Shown here: piece by piece, positions 38,158-49,560 of the stretch
Layout: every line of letters begins with the position of its first letter
How positions within the stretch are numbered: the first letter of the stretch is position 1
NCBI GenBank assembly: GCA_936941155.1
Contig: CAKZJE010000047.1
Location: 11,154-75,153, forward strand
Reading direction: 5' to 3'
Length of the DNA stretch: 64,000 bases
DNA from: an uncultured Methylomonas sp.
GTDB taxonomy: Bacteria; Pseudomonadota; Gammaproteobacteria; Methylococcales; Methylomonadaceae
Notes under the pieces: generated by a model
The model's input: the letters and a program-made list of their open reading frames with translations, nothing else
Database searches by the model: none
Told to the model about the DNA's origin: nothing
Translations under genes and position numbers: made by a program

Positions 38158-40191
38158 CTAGTAAACGCCTTTGGCATTGAGAGCGACACCGTATTGCTTG
38201 TCGGTTTTTAAAATATGATCTAACAACCAATCTTTTAAAAACTCTAAAATACTTTCCGCCACTTCATGGACATTTTTGGTTTTTAATTGTGCTTGAAACA
38301 TTTGCACTTTATTCACAAAAGCCGCGTGAATGGATTTATGCGATTCCAGCTCTGGCCAATGATTATCTGTCAGCAGTTTTTCTTCGTAGCCAAAATGGAA
38401 CACGGTGTAATCGGCTAAATAATTCACAATATCTTCCATCGTTTCTTTGCTGATTTTATTTTTTACGCCGTAATCAAGCCGATTAATTAATTCCGCCAAA
38501 ATGCTATGTTGTCTGTCGATTTCTTTAATGCCAACGCTATAAATGGCTAAGTCCCAAACGATTAAAGGTGTATTAGCATCCCGCGTTTTGCCGCTTGTAG
38601 TATCCGCGTGTTGTTTGCTGTTTTGTGGAATTAGGGGGCTGACAGAGCTTTGTGCTGTTCTGTTGTGACTAAAAAAACTGTTATCTTGTTGATAAGCTTG
38701 TTCTTTAAAATTAAAACTGTTTGCTGATTGCACTAATCGCTGTGCCATAGCGGACAATTCGCTGGCATTTTGGTGACTTTGGGTGATTTCCTGCGTCATT
38801 TTTCCTAAAGTGGAGCGAATTGAATGAATATTGCTGTTCACTTTTTTGATGCTGCTCGACACTTCGCTACTGGAATTCGCTGCTTCTTTCACACCGGCAG
38901 CGGCTTCTTCCAAAGCGCGTGCGGAACTACGCGAGGCTTGCGAGGCTTCTGCCGCAGAGCGAGTAATTTCTTTTAGTCCTTTGGTAGCTTCTTGCAAATT
39001 CAACACAGATTCTTTGCTGGCATTCGCAATCCCATCAACTGCTTCTGTAATGGTGTCGGCGGAAGAGCTTTGTTGTTCTACTGAAAAATCAATGGCTTGG
39101 TTGATTTCAGCAACTTTATTAATTACTGTATTAACCGCTTGCGTGTGTTTTAACGCTTCAGCCGCATAATTTTGAATTTGTTCAATTTGGTCGGCAATTT
39201 CATTATTTGCCTCGGCGGTTTGTTGCGCTAAATCTTTAATCTCGCCCGCGACCACCGCAAAACCTTTACCCGCTTCGCCTGCACTGGCGGCTTCAATTGT
39301 CGCGTTTAAAGCTAACATGTTGGTTTGTCCGGCAATGCTGTCAATTAACTTCACCACGCGCCCGATTTTTTTGGCTGTTTCGCTTAGCTGATTCATGGTG
39401 GTGAGCGTTTCTTGTGCACTGGCTGTGGCATCTGCGGAAATTCGCATGGCATTTTGGGCATTTTTCGCAATTTCTGACATCGAAACCGACATTTTTTCGG
39501 CAGAATTTGCGACCGTATTAATATCTTGGGAGATGCGGTCAAAACTGTGATTAATTCCCACCATATTGGTTGAGGCTTCTTCAGCACTGGCGGCGACAGT
39601 ATTAATATTGGTACTTAATTCATAAACAGACGCGCTGACTGAGCTTACATTGCCGGAGGCTTCTTCAATTGAGGTTGCCATGATGTTTACGTTAAAGGCA
39701 ATATGTTCAGAAGAGGTGGCGGTTAACGCTAAACGGCAGTCAACATCGTTGGCACTTTCTGCAATTGAAGCAGAAGATTGTTTCAGTTTTTCAGAGGCTT
39801 GCGACACATCGGACACAGAATGATTAACGCGCTTAATCACACTGGACACTTTATCAACAAAGCTATTTAGCACATCTGCAAGTTGTCCTGCCTCACCGCT
39901 TTGGTCTGAAACTAAGCGTTTATTAAAGTCACCCCGCGCAATTTCTTCAGTGCTTACCACCAGTTTGCTAATAGACTGATAATGACGACTTAAATTTTGA
40001 TGAATAATATACGCCAACAAATAAGCCGCGATTGTGCCTAATACAAACACAGGGATTGCAGCTAATAAAAAATCAGCCATTACAAACGGCGCAGGGCTTG
40101 TTAATGCCATGACCGAAAAAGCCAAGGTGAGTAACCCTAAAGTAAAGCCTATAACGGTAATGAACAGAGAGTGTTTATTATATGAATACAT
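38158..40191 (-). CDS. Methyl-accepting chemotaxis protein with minimal periplasmic loop and C-terminal hemerythrin (HHE cation-binding) domain (DcrH-like)
   Basis: It has two N-terminal TM helices and an MCP signalling domain. The C-terminal 135 aa ([22 protein letters not shown]...HFGYEEKLL...HKSIHAAF...DWLLDHI) match the bacteriohemerythrin iron-ligand pattern. Confidence 0.8.
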   Translation of the reverse strand: MYSYNKHSLFITVIGFTLGLLTLAFSVMALTSPAPFVMADFLLAAIPVFVLGTIAAYLLAYIIHQNLSRHYQSISKLVVSTEEIARGDFNKRLVSDQSGEAGQLADVLNSFVDKVSSVIKRVNHSVSDVSQASEKLKQSSASIAESANDVDCRLALTATSSEHIAFNVNIMATSIEEASGNVSSVSASVYELSTNINTVAASAEEASTNMVGINHSFDRISQDINTVANSAEKMSVSMSEIAKNAQNAMRISADATASAQETLTTMNQLSETAKKIGRVVKLIDSIAGQTNMLALNATIEAASAGEAGKGFAVVAGEIKDLAQQTAEANNEIADQIEQIQNYAAEALKHTQAVNTVINKVAEINQAIDFSVEQQSSSADTITEAVDGIANASKESVLNLQEATKGLKEITRSAAEASQASRSSARALEEAAAGVKEAANSSSEVSSSIKKVNSNIHSIRSTLGKMTQEITQSHQNASELSAMAQRLVQSANSFNFKEQAYQQDNSFFSHNRTAQSSVSPLIPQNSKQHADTTSGKTRDANTPLIVWDLAIYSVGIKEIDRQHSILAELINRLDYGVKNKISKETMEDIVNYLADYTVFHFGYEEKLLTDNHWPELESHKSIHAAFVNKVQMFQAQLKTKNVHEVAESILEFLKDWLLDHILKTDKQYGVALNAKGVY

Positions 40192-40212
40192 GGAAATCCT
40201 ATAGTTTTACGT

Positions 40213-41490
40213 TTAGCCTAAAATAACTTGGTTTCTGCCGTTTTTCTTTGCTTCATAAAGCAGTTTGTCTGCTTTTGTTAGTGCCGATTCTAAGTTTTCT
40301 TCTAATGTAGTACAAACGCCAATACTGGCTGTGATTTTTAAAATGAGGTTATCAGACAACTGAATTGGATTTTCTTCAATTCGTGCGCGTAAACTTTCAA
40401 AAATAGAACCGGCTTCTTCTTGCGAAGTATTGGATAATAAAAAACCAAACTCTTCACCGCCAAAACGTGCCACTAAATCTCCGGCTCGAAAGCTTCCGTT
40501 TAAAAGCTGCCCCATTTTTTTTAATACAACATCACCTGCATCATGTCCGTAGGTATCATTCACACGTTTAAAAAAATCAATATCAATTAAAGCAACAATA
40601 CATTGTTTTTTAGATTTATAAGCGCGGTTGAAAAGTTTTTCGCCGACTTCAAAAAAATGTCGCCGATTATAAAGACCGGTTAAAAAGTCACGGCTAGCAA
40701 TAAATTGCAGTTCTTTAATATAGCCTAATAAATCCATATTTTGATTAATGCGACAAAAGAACTCTTCTTCTAAAAAAGGTTTATTAATAAAATCGCTGCC
40801 GCCAATTTTTAAAAATCGTGCGGATAATAAATTATTGCCATAAGTGGACATGCCAATAATTGCCATATCTTGTTTGCTGTAAATGGCTCTGAGTTTTTTG
40901 GTCAGCTCAAAGCCATCCATTTGTGGCATATTAAAATCGGTAATCACCAACATAATATCTTTGTGTTCATGGGCAATATCGAAAGCCTGTTTACCATTTT
41001 CAGCTTCTAATACCATAAAACGATAAATAGACAATAAACGCTTAATATGTTTTCTAGCTGTTCTGGAATCATCCACAATTAAAGCTTTAATACGGGTATT
41101 TCTATTCAGTTGTTTTAATAATAAAACAATGTATTCAATATTAGCGGGGCATTCTTTTAGCACATAATCAACAATGCCTTTGCCCAGCATTCTGTCGCGT
41201 AAATCATCATCAAACTTTCCAGTAAATACAATGGCTGGAATATTATAATTTAAAACATAATCAACCACTTCGCCGTCTGGAGCATCAGGCAAATTTAAAT
41301 CTAATAAACTAGCAAAAAAGGTGTATTTCTTTGATTCGATTAATGCGATTAATTCAGCATAAGTTTCAGCAATCACAACTCTAAATTCAGAGTTTGCTTC
41401 CACACTGGTTTTAAGAATACGAGCAAATACTTTGCTATCTTCTACAACCAAGATGGTTTTTTTACTATTATCATATTGTTGATCAGTCAT
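40213..41490 (-). CDS. Response-regulator diguanylate cyclase (REC-REC-GGDEF, WspR-like)
   Basis: It has two receiver-like domains and a GGDEF domain with an intact GGEEF motif and an upstream RxxD (RAGD) I-site-like motif. Confidence 0.85.
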   Translation of the reverse strand: MTDQQYDNSKKTILVVEDSKVFARILKTSVEANSEFRVVIAETYAELIALIESKKYTFFASLLDLNLPDAPDGEVVDYVLNYNIPAIVFTGKFDDDLRDRMLGKGIVDYVLKECPANIEYIVLLLKQLNRNTRIKALIVDDSRTARKHIKRLLSIYRFMVLEAENGKQAFDIAHEHKDIMLVITDFNMPQMDGFELTKKLRAIYSKQDMAIIGMSTYGNNLLSARFLKIGGSDFINKPFLEEEFFCRINQNMDLLGYIKELQFIASRDFLTGLYNRRHFFEVGEKLFNRAYKSKKQCIVALIDIDFFKRVNDTYGHDAGDVVLKKMGQLLNGSFRAGDLVARFGGEEFGFLLSNTSQEEAGSIFESLRARIEENPIQLSDNLILKITASIGVCTTLEENLESALTKADKLLYEAKKNGRNQVILG

Positions 41491-41622
41491 AACTTAAAGA
41501 TCGCCCATTTTTTGCCATTTTTGATTATAGTTAGCTTCAAAATTGATTGATTTTTTATTTTTAATAAGAGGAGATTGTTCAGTAATTGAAGAGGATAAGC
41601 AAAGTTATTGAGCAATTACTTT

Positions 41623-42258
41623 TTAGAGCGTTAATTCTTTATTGATAATTTGTTTTAAGGCTTTTAGCATTTTAAAAATGGCAAAAATATCATTGCCATC
41701 CGCACTATAATTATTACTAATACAATATTCATTGCCTTGTAACACTATAAAGCTCCACCCCAAGCCAATGATAACCAAACCATAAATAGGCAATTTGTTG
41801 TTATTCATTTCACGCGCAACCAGCATTGCTGCCAAAACTTGTCCATCTGGAGTGCCTTGATTTTCAACGTGACGTTTATATTCGTGCAAACAGAAATAGG
41901 GGACATGCGGATTGCGTGTTCCCGTTGCAATCATGCCATCAACCATTCCAGAAAGTTGATATTCACCGATAACGCCGGATAAAGGTCGTTCTAAAAAATA
42001 GCCAATTCGTTCATCATCAATATTAGCCGTGACAATCATAGGGCTAATGAATTTATTTTCTAACTCAACTTCATTCCAAGCTTTACCACCTCTAATCAGA
42101 GTTTTTTGCAAATTTAATATATATTGTTTTTCAAATTCACTGATTTCTTCGTGATTGCTTTCCCACTGAACTAATAAGTCAGATTGCCAGATTTGTTTTA
42201 ATCCAAAAGCCTCATCTAAGCCATCTAAATCCCACTCTTTAAAAGTCGCTGTTTTCAT
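41623..42258 (-). CDS. Hypothetical protein (211 aa)
   Basis: This is a long ORF with no recognisable family. A D...EYK spacing is weakly reminiscent of PD-(D/E)xK. Confidence 0.4.
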   Translation of the reverse strand: MKTATFKEWDLDGLDEAFGLKQIWQSDLLVQWESNHEEISEFEKQYILNLQKTLIRGGKAWNEVELENKFISPMIVTANIDDERIGYFLERPLSGVIGEYQLSGMVDGMIATGTRNPHVPYFCLHEYKRHVENQGTPDGQVLAAMLVAREMNNNKLPIYGLVIIGLGWSFIVLQGNEYCISNNYSADGNDIFAIFKMLKALKQIINKELTL

Positions 42259-42322
42259 TTGATTTTTTAGATTTAAGTTTTATGCAGGCGTGCAAAACGG
42301 ATTTTGCACGCCTAATCATTTT

Positions 42323-45300
42323 TTAATTAACCCACAATCGCGCATTTCTGAACATGCGCAGCCACGCGCCGTCTTCTTGCCAATCTTCGGGTTGCCATGA
42401 ATTTTGCAAGGTTCTGAAGCAACGCTCAGGATGCGGCATCATAATGGTGAAGCGTCCGTCAGTCGTGGTTAAACCCGTAATACCCAGAGGAGAGCTGTTT
42501 GGATTCGCAGGAAAATCCGTAGTGATTTGTCCGTAATTATCGACATAACTTAATGCGACTAAACTGTGATTGATTTCACCTGCAAACTCAGCGCGTCCTT
42601 CGCCATGTGCCACAACGACAGGCAGTTTTGAACCTGCCATGCCTTTTAATAAAATGGAAGGTGAATCTTGCACTTCAACCATTGCCACCCGCGCTTCAAA
42701 TTGTTCTGAATTATTGCGCATGAAAGCTGGCCAATGTTCCGCGCCAGGAATTAATTCTTTCAAGGCGGACATCATTTGACAGCCGTTGCAAACGCCTAAG
42801 CCGAAAGTGTCTTCCCGTTGGAAAAATGCCGCAAATTCATGCCGTGCGTGTTGATTGAATAAAATGGATTTTGCCCAGCCGCCGCCTGCGCCAAGTACGT
42901 CGCCATAAGAGAAACCACCGCAAGCCGCGAGTCCTACGAAGTCGGCTAAAGTGACTCGACCGCTAATAATGTCGCTAACGTGTACGTCCACGCTGGTGAA
43001 TCCGGCTTTATCAAACGCTGCTGCCATTTCGACATGACCGTTGACACCTTGCTCACGCAAAATTGCCACGCGCGGACGTGCTGCGGTGCTTAAATGTGCG
43101 GTGATATTTTCATTCACATCGAACGATAAACTCGCGCTTAAGCCGGGGTCGTTGTCATCGGCAATGCGGTCAAATTGTTGTTGTGCGCAATTTGGATTGT
43201 CGCGTAAAGCTTGCATTCTAAAGCTGACTTCTGACCAGGTTTGTTGCAAACTGGCGCGAGTGTTTTGATAAATAATTTCCTCTGCCACACGAATCGTCAA
43301 AGTTTGTTCCGGTACAACTTTTGCCACAAAACAGCTACAGTGGATTAAACCGTTATCCGTTAAAATCGCCACAACATCATCGACATCAGTCATTTTGATT
43401 TGTAAAACCGCGCCCAATTCCTCATTGAACAAGGAAGCAAGCGGGTCGTTTCCTAACGCATCGAGAATTAAATCAACGCCCAAACGCCCCGCAAAGATCA
43501 TTTCTGCAATCGTTGCCAACAAACCGCCGTCAGAACGGTCGTGATAAGCTAAGATTTTGCCTTCGCTGTTAAGCTGTTGAATCGTGTCAAAAAAGACAGT
43601 GAATAGTTTTGCATCATCTAAATCAGGACACTCATTGCCTAATTGTTTATAAACTTGCGCCAACACTGAACCGCCTAAGCGATTTTTGCCTTGTCCTAAA
43701 TCAATCAGCAACAGCATACTGTCTTCGTTTTTCAATTCGGGCGTGAGTGTGAAACTCACATCTTCAACGGGTGCGAAAGCGGTAATAATCAATGAAAGTG
43801 GCGAAGTCATCACTTTTTCAGCATCGTCTTCTTTCCAAACGGTTTTCATGGATAAGGAATCTTTACCGACGGGAATGGCAATGCCTAAAGCTGGACAAAG
43901 CTCCATCCCCACCGCTTTCACGGTAGCAAACAACGCGGCATCTTCACCTTCTGAACCTGCGGCTGCCATCCAGTTTGCAGAAAGTTTTACATCATTTAAT
44001 GCGTCAATCCGTGCAGCCGCTAAATTCGTTAAGGCTTCACCAATTGCCATGCGACCGGAAGCAGGCGCATTGATTAATGCTAACGGTGTGCGCTCGCCCA
44101 TTGCCATCGCTTCGCCTGTCAGCGCGTGAAAACCGGAGGCTGTCACTGCCACATCCGCTACTGGCACTTGCCAGCGTCCGACCATTTGATCTCTGACCAC
44201 TAAACCTGTCACGGAGCGATCACCGATATGAATCAAGAAACTTTTATCTGCAACGGCGGGGAAAGATAAAACGCGCTTTACCGCTTCCGCGATTTCAATT
44301 TCTGAACTATCAAACGCAGGTAAATCAGGTTTTACGGTGACAACATCGCGATGCAGTTTTGGCGAATTGCCAAACAATACTGACATCGGAATATCCACAG
44401 GTTTATTGCCAAACAGCGAATCGGACAAGGTTAAATGTTCATCGTAAGTCGCTTCGCCAATCACCGCATATAAACAACGTTCGCGCTCACAAAACGCTTC
44501 AAACAATTCCAGCGATTCGGGTTTAACGGCAATCACATAACGCTCTTGCGCTTCGTTTGACCAAATTTGCATCGGAGTCATGCCTAAATCGGCGTTGTTG
44601 ACTTCGCGCAATTCAAAATAACCGCCGCGTCCGCAGTCGTGAATAATTTCGGGTACAGCGTTGGATAAACCACCCGCGCCAATATCGTGAATAGAAACAA
44701 TTGGCGTGTTTTCGCCTAACGCATTGCAATGATTAATCACTTCTTGGCAACGGCGTTGCATTTCGGGGTTTTCACGTTGCACGGACGCAAAATCGAGTTC
44801 TGCCGCACCTTCCCCAGAAGTTTGCGAAGAAGCCGCACCACCGCCCAAACCAATTAACATAGCGGGGCCGCCTAAAATAATGATGTACGCGCCAACCGGA
44901 ATCGGCTGCTTTTTCACCAACATCGGGCGAATATTACCCATGCCACCCGCAATCATAATCGGTTTGTGATAGCCACTGAATTTATTATCCAGTGAAGTCG
45001 TTTGTTCAAAAGAACGGAAGTATCCGGCTAAATTCGGGCGACCAAATTCATTATTAAACGCCGCGCCGCCGATAGGCCCTTGCAACATGATGTCTAAAGC
45101 AGAGGCGATGCGGTCGGGTTTGCCGTTGTCATCTTCCCAAGGTTGGGAAAAGTTGGGGATTTTTAAATGCGAAACTGAAAAACCTGTCAATCCGGCTTTG
45201 GTGTGTGAACCGCGTCCGGTCGCGCCTTCGTCACGAATTTCACCACCTGAACCGGTTGCCGCACCTGAGTGGGGAGAAATCGCAGTTGGGTGATTGTGCG

Positions 45301-46180
45301 TTTCGACTTTCATCAACAAATGCGCTTCTTCACTGACATAGCCATATTCGCCAGTGTGCGGGTCACGGATAAACACTTGCGCAATTGAGCCTGTCACGAC
45401 CGAAGCGTTATCGCTATAAGCCGATAAAATACCGTGTGGATTTTGTTCAGAAGTGTGTCGAATCATTTTAAACAAACTTAACGCTTGTGCTTCACCATCA
45501 ATTGTCCACGCTGCATTAAAAATTTTATGCCGACAATGTTCAGAATTGGCCTGCGCAAACATCATCAACTCCACATCCGATGGATTGCGTCCTAAGTCTT
45601 GAAATGCTTTGGTTAAATAATCAATTTCATCTGCGGATAAAGCTAAACCTAATTGGCTGTTGGCTTTGACTAATGCGTCTCTGCCTTGTTCGATGACTGC
45701 AACCGTTTCTAAAGGCTGGGGTTCGTGATGGGCAAATAATTCCAAATCATCAAAATCGGTTAGCACGGTTTGCGTCATTCGGTCGTGTATCAGCGCGATA
45801 ATGGCTTTTTTACTTTCCGCTGATAAAGCAGAAGAACTGGCTAAACAATATTCAATTCCGCGCTCCAAGCGTTTGACGGTTTTTAAACCACAACGCTGTG
45901 CAATTTCTGTGGCTTTGCTTGACCAAGGTGAAATTGTGCCTGAGCGTGGCACGACCAATAATTTCTCGCCTTGTAGATTTGGAATTATGTCTGCATGTCC
46001 ATAAGCCAATAAACGATTGAGTGTTTTTTGTTCCAACTCAGTTAAGTCGTGCTCTAAATCAACAAAATGGACAAATTTTGCAGTGACGGCGTTGATTGCA
46101 CTATCAATCACTTGCAAATCTGCTAATAATTTACCGGTACGAAAGTCAGAAAATGCAGGAGTTCCAGGAATTTTTAACAT
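42323..46180 (-). CDS. purL: Phosphoribosylformylglycinamidine synthase (large single-chain form)
   Basis: The 1285-aa protein has PurL/FGAM synthetase domains including a C-terminal glutamine amidotransferase (GVCNGCQ). Confidence 0.95.
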   Translation of the reverse strand: MLKIPGTPAFSDFRTGKLLADLQVIDSAINAVTAKFVHFVDLEHDLTELEQKTLNRLLAYGHADIIPNLQGEKLLVVPRSGTISPWSSKATEIAQRCGLKTVKRLERGIEYCLASSSALSAESKKAIIALIHDRMTQTVLTDFDDLELFAHHEPQPLETVAVIEQGRDALVKANSQLGLALSADEIDYLTKAFQDLGRNPSDVELMMFAQANSEHCRHKIFNAAWTIDGEAQALSLFKMIRHTSEQNPHGILSAYSDNASVVTGSIAQVFIRDPHTGEYGYVSEEAHLLMKVETHNHPTAISPHSGAATGSGGEIRDEGATGRGSHTKAGLTGFSVSHLKIPNFSQPWEDDNGKPDRIASALDIMLQGPIGGAAFNNEFGRPNLAGYFRSFEQTTSLDNKFSGYHKPIMIAGGMGNIRPMLVKKQPIPVGAYIIILGGPAMLIGLGGGAASSQTSGEGAAELDFASVQRENPEMQRRCQEVINHCNALGENTPIVSIHDIGAGGLSNAVPEIIHDCGRGGYFELREVNNADLGMTPMQIWSNEAQERYVIAVKPESLELFEAFCERERCLYAVIGEATYDEHLTLSDSLFGNKPVDIPMSVLFGNSPKLHRDVVTVKPDLPAFDSSEIEIAEAVKRVLSFPAVADKSFLIHIGDRSVTGLVVRDQMVGRWQVPVADVAVTASGFHALTGEAMAMGERTPLALINAPASGRMAIGEALTNLAAARIDALNDVKLSANWMAAAGSEGEDAALFATVKAVGMELCPALGIAIPVGKDSLSMKTVWKEDDAEKVMTSPLSLIITAFAPVEDVSFTLTPELKNEDSMLLLIDLGQGKNRLGGSVLAQVYKQLGNECPDLDDAKLFTVFFDTIQQLNSEGKILAYHDRSDGGLLATIAEMIFAGRLGVDLILDALGNDPLASLFNEELGAVLQIKMTDVDDVVAILTDNGLIHCSCFVAKVVPEQTLTIRVAEEIIYQNTRASLQQTWSEVSFRMQALRDNPNCAQQQFDRIADDNDPGLSASLSFDVNENITAHLSTAARPRVAILREQGVNGHVEMAAAFDKAGFTSVDVHVSDIISGRVTLADFVGLAACGGFSYGDVLGAGGGWAKSILFNQHARHEFAAFFQREDTFGLGVCNGCQMMSALKELIPGAEHWPAFMRNNSEQFEARVAMVEVQDSPSILLKGMAGSKLPVVVAHGEGRAEFAGEINHSLVALSYVDNYGQITTDFPANPNSSPLGITGLTTTDGRFTIMMPHPERCFRTLQNSWQPEDWQEDGAWLRMFRNARLWVN

Positions 46181-46268
46181 GTGTAGAATAAGGGGGAATA
46201 AAATAATTAGAAGAAAAAACGTTAGACACGGCAGGTTTTTTTAAACGCTACCGAGTCTAAATCTCGAC

Positions 46269-46964
46269 TCACTCTTCAGCAGAATCGGACTCGATTGTCG
46301 TCAAGAGTAGTTTTAATAAACTCAATCCGCTGCCGTCAGCTAAAGGAATTCCTTTTTCATTTAAAACCACTAACTCAGTAAGTTTATCATGTGCTAACAG
46401 TTTAATGTGATGGGGTTTTTCCTGATTTTGGTCAGGTGAAAAGACAAAATTAAACTCATCTAACAGCGACTCATCTTTATAACTGCTGGCGTTAGGGTCG
46501 TATTGCACGGTGAATTCTGCATTGGCTTGGTCGCGTGCGGTAATTTCCAGTCCTTTGCGGGTGAGAGCTTTGCCGACCAATCGCCATGCGATAGCAACAG
46601 GTTTATTAATTTGTAAGCGCGTGTCACCATCTACAAATTTAATTAATTCAACATGCGTTTTTTCAGCTTTTTGTGGCTCAGTCACAACGGCTGGAGCGGT
46701 TACTGTACCTGCGGGTACAGGAGCTGCTTTCACAACTTCACCTATCACCGCCACTGTTTCAGTATCTTCAGGCAATTGTTTAACGGCTGGTTTTTTTTCC
46801 AAGCTTTTGTTGAGAATCTCAGAGGGAATTGTCAAAGGCGGCAATTCAGAGCTGAACTGATAATCTTGTTCTTTGTTTGGAAAATAAGCACCAAGAAAGC
46901 CGCACCCACAGAGATTGATTGATGCGACAGTGATTAAAGCGAGATTGGCTATAGGTTTCATCAT
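46269..46964 (-). CDS. bamC: Lipoprotein, possibly outer membrane protein assembly factor BamC (NlpB-like)
   Basis: It has a lipobox (LCGCG) and sits immediately downstream of dapA, as nlpB/bamC does in E. coli. The sequence similarity is weak and the protein is shorter than E. coli BamC. Confidence 0.4.
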   Translation of the reverse strand: MMKPIANLALITVASINLCGCGFLGAYFPNKEQDYQFSSELPPLTIPSEILNKSLEKKPAVKQLPEDTETVAVIGEVVKAAPVPAGTVTAPAVVTEPQKAEKTHVELIKFVDGDTRLQINKPVAIAWRLVGKALTRKGLEITARDQANAEFTVQYDPNASSYKDESLLDEFNFVFSPDQNQEKPHHIKLLAHDKLTELVVLNEKGIPLADGSGLSLLKLLLTTIESDSAEE

Positions 46965-46969
46965 AAGGA

Positions 46970-47845
46970 TTAGATAATTTCAGCTTGAGACATGGCATCG
47001 TGAACCGCGCTGAAGCAATCTTCAGTTAGCCATGTTAATGGCAAGCGAATACCTGTGCCGCATAAGCCCATTTGTGAAACTGCCCATTTCACTGGAATTG
47101 GATTGGATTGAATAAACAATTGTTTGTGCAAGGCGGTTAATTTTGCATCAATTCCTAAAGCCGCTTCACGATTGCCATCAATTGCCGCCATAATCATTTC
47201 ATGTACCAAACGTGGTGCAACATTGCCGGTGACGGTGATTGTGCCGTTGCCACCCATTAAACAAAACTCACAACTGGTGGCATCATCACCGGTATAAAGC
47301 GCGAATTCTTCGCCACATAAATCGCGTAGTTTTTTCACGCGGGTTAAATCGCCAGTGGCTTCTTTTACACCCACAATATTGGGAATATGAGATAAACGTC
47401 CAACTGTTTCTGGCAACATATCACAGGCTGTGCGTCCTGGAACATTGTATAAAATTTGTGGAATATCAACGGCTTCTGCAACCGTTTTATGATGTAGATA
47501 TAAACCTTCTTGAGTTGGTTTATTATAATAAGGCGTAACCAATAAACACGCATCCGCACCTGCTTGTTGCGCACGGCGGGTTAATGCAATCGCCTCAGTG
47601 GTTGAATTTGCTCCTGTTCCTGCAATTACAGGAATTCTGCCATTCACATAGCCCACAATGGTTTTAATGACTTCACAATGTTCATCTTCCGTCAACGTAG
47701 CAGATTCACCGGTTGTTCCCACTGCCACTAATGAATCTGTGCCTTGCTCAATGTGAAATTCGACTAACTTTTTCAGGCTATCCTTATCCACTGAGCCATC
47801 GTTATTCATAGGGGTTATTAAAGCAACGATACTACCTTGAATCAT
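46970..47845 (-). CDS. dapA: 4-hydroxy-tetrahydrodipicolinate synthase
   Basis: It is full-length DapA-like ([16 protein letters not shown], catalytic-Lys region). Confidence 0.9.
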   Translation of the reverse strand: MIQGSIVALITPMNNDGSVDKDSLKKLVEFHIEQGTDSLVAVGTTGESATLTEDEHCEVIKTIVGYVNGRIPVIAGTGANSTTEAIALTRRAQQAGADACLLVTPYYNKPTQEGLYLHHKTVAEAVDIPQILYNVPGRTACDMLPETVGRLSHIPNIVGVKEATGDLTRVKKLRDLCGEEFALYTGDDATSCEFCLMGGNGTITVTGNVAPRLVHEMIMAAIDGNREAALGIDAKLTALHKQLFIQSNPIPVKWAVSQMGLCGTGIRLPLTWLTEDCFSAVHDAMSQAEII

Positions 47846-48214
47846 GAAAACCTCATCTCCAGAATTTATATAAATAAAAGTACACGCATTATAACAAGCA
47901 AATTCTTAAAACCCAGCTCGATAACATCTATCAGAGTAATTGAATTTTGCTGAAGACAATTATAAAAAGTATAAATCATTGAAAATAAATCAAATAATCT
48001 TATTTTTAGCTGTGGAAAGCAAAGCCATAAAGCACAGAAAATCTGTAAAAATACTGCGAGATTTAAAGATAATTTGTTAAATCGTGTTTTTTCAGGTTGA
48101 TTTTAACGAGAGAGCTAATTTAAGAAAAAAGTTTTCAAGAATTAGACTTACCTACGACTTTCAGTTTTGTGGAGCATGGAAGTTGTTTTCTAATCTCAAA
48201 GCGCAAAACAGATG

Positions 48215-48260
48215 AAATTTTTAAAGACGACCAGTCGTCTTAAAAAATTTCGGATTTAGA
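48215..48260. repeat. Palindromic element family R1
   Basis: gaaatttttaaagacgaccagtcgtcttaaaaaatttcgg. Confidence 0.6.
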
Positions 48261-48429
48261 AAAACTCAGGTGAGGATTTTTATGCAAATCACAACCACAA
48301 ATGATAGCTACTACTTTTGTTATTTCGAATCCAAGTGGAATAAGATTTTGCGATAAAACAAACTAAAAGTATTTTCCATGAGTTTCTCAAGGTTTAATCG
48401 CTAGTTTTAGCTTTCATTTATAAAACAAA

Positions 48430-49491
48430 ATGACTAAACTTTGCAAACGAGCATTTTCGCTGATTATTTCTGGATTTATGAAAGTCTTTTATAGTGTTGT
48501 TTTCAGTTTCTTCGCTGCTTTGCCCTTTGCACTGAATGCCGATGATGATGACCAAAATAGCAAAGCAGCTGCGAAGTCTTCTGCAACGCTCAAAGGTCAA
48601 AACCTGATTGTGCTGGATAAAGCCCAGCAACTGGCTTCCGGCTTGAAAACGATTAAATTAAAAGCCATAACGCATCGAGCTGAATTACTTAGCTACGGCA
48701 CAGCGATTAGCATAGAGCCGCTAGTATCTCTGCAAAATCAATATTTAACCGGATTAGCTCAACAAAGTAGTGCGAAAGCAAAAGTAGTTTTTAGTCAAAA
48801 TAATGTGAATCGTTTAAGCTATTTACATCGTGAGCAAATTATTGCCAGTCGGGTTTTACAAGAACAGCAGGCAGTCTTGCAAGCGGATAAAGCGACATTG
48901 GAGAGCAGTCATTATTTAAGGGCGCAAATGATTAGCACCGCGCAATTGCTGTGGGGACAGACCTTAACCGATTGGATAGTAAGTTCTGATGCTAGATTGA
49001 CAGCGTTAGCGCAGCAACGCATGAGCTTATTAAAAATCAATTTTCCGGCTAATATCGCGATAAACCAGCCGATAAAAACCATTTTTGTTGCGCCAACAGC
49101 GAATCGAAACCAGGCGATTGCAGCTGAATTTATTTCATCTGCACCGCAAGCCGATAATTTTTCGCAAGCACAGCAATATTTTTATCAAGTGCCAATGCAG
49201 CAAATTAAAACCGGAATGCGCGTGAATGCTTGGATTCCAACACAGCAGCAAGGGCAAGCAGGTGTTATGATTCCAGAATCAGCGGTGTGTTGGCATTTAG
49301 GACAAGCCTTGGTTTTTACGAAAGTTGCACCGCAGCAATTTAGTCGGCAAGTCCTTGTGGATTACCAAAAACTGGCAGGCGGATATTTTGTACGATCTGG
49401 TGTAAAAGCAGGCGATGAAATTGTAAATGTGGGAGCACAAATGCTACTTTCACAAGAGTTTAAAGGACAGATTCCTGATGAAGACGATTAA
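48430..49491 (+). CDS. Secreted Gln-rich hypothetical protein; the C-terminus is weakly reminiscent of efflux membrane-fusion proteins
   Basis: It has a signal peptide and no confident domain. Confidence 0.35.
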   Translation: MTKLCKRAFSLIISGFMKVFYSVVFSFFAALPFALNADDDDQNSKAAAKSSATLKGQNLIVLDKAQQLASGLKTIKLKAITHRAELLSYGTAISIEPLVSLQNQYLTGLAQQSSAKAKVVFSQNNVNRLSYLHREQIIASRVLQEQQAVLQADKATLESSHYLRAQMISTAQLLWGQTLTDWIVSSDARLTALAQQRMSLLKINFPANIAINQPIKTIFVAPTANRNQAIAAEFISSAPQADNFSQAQQYFYQVPMQQIKTGMRVNAWIPTQQQGQAGVMIPESAVCWHLGQALVFTKVAPQQFSRQVLVDYQKLAGGYFVRSGVKAGDEIVNVGAQMLLSQEFKGQIPDEDD

Positions 49492-49560
49492 TTAACGTAA
49501 GTTATGATGTTAGAATATAGTGGCAATACTCGTTAGCTTAACAACCTAGGTAATCACAGA

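Noticed and set aside
48430-49491. Assignment of the secreted Gln-rich protein as an RND efflux membrane-fusion protein.
   Set aside because: It has only a weak C-terminal resemblance and no adjacent RND or ABC pump or outer membrane factor, so it is left as hypothetical.
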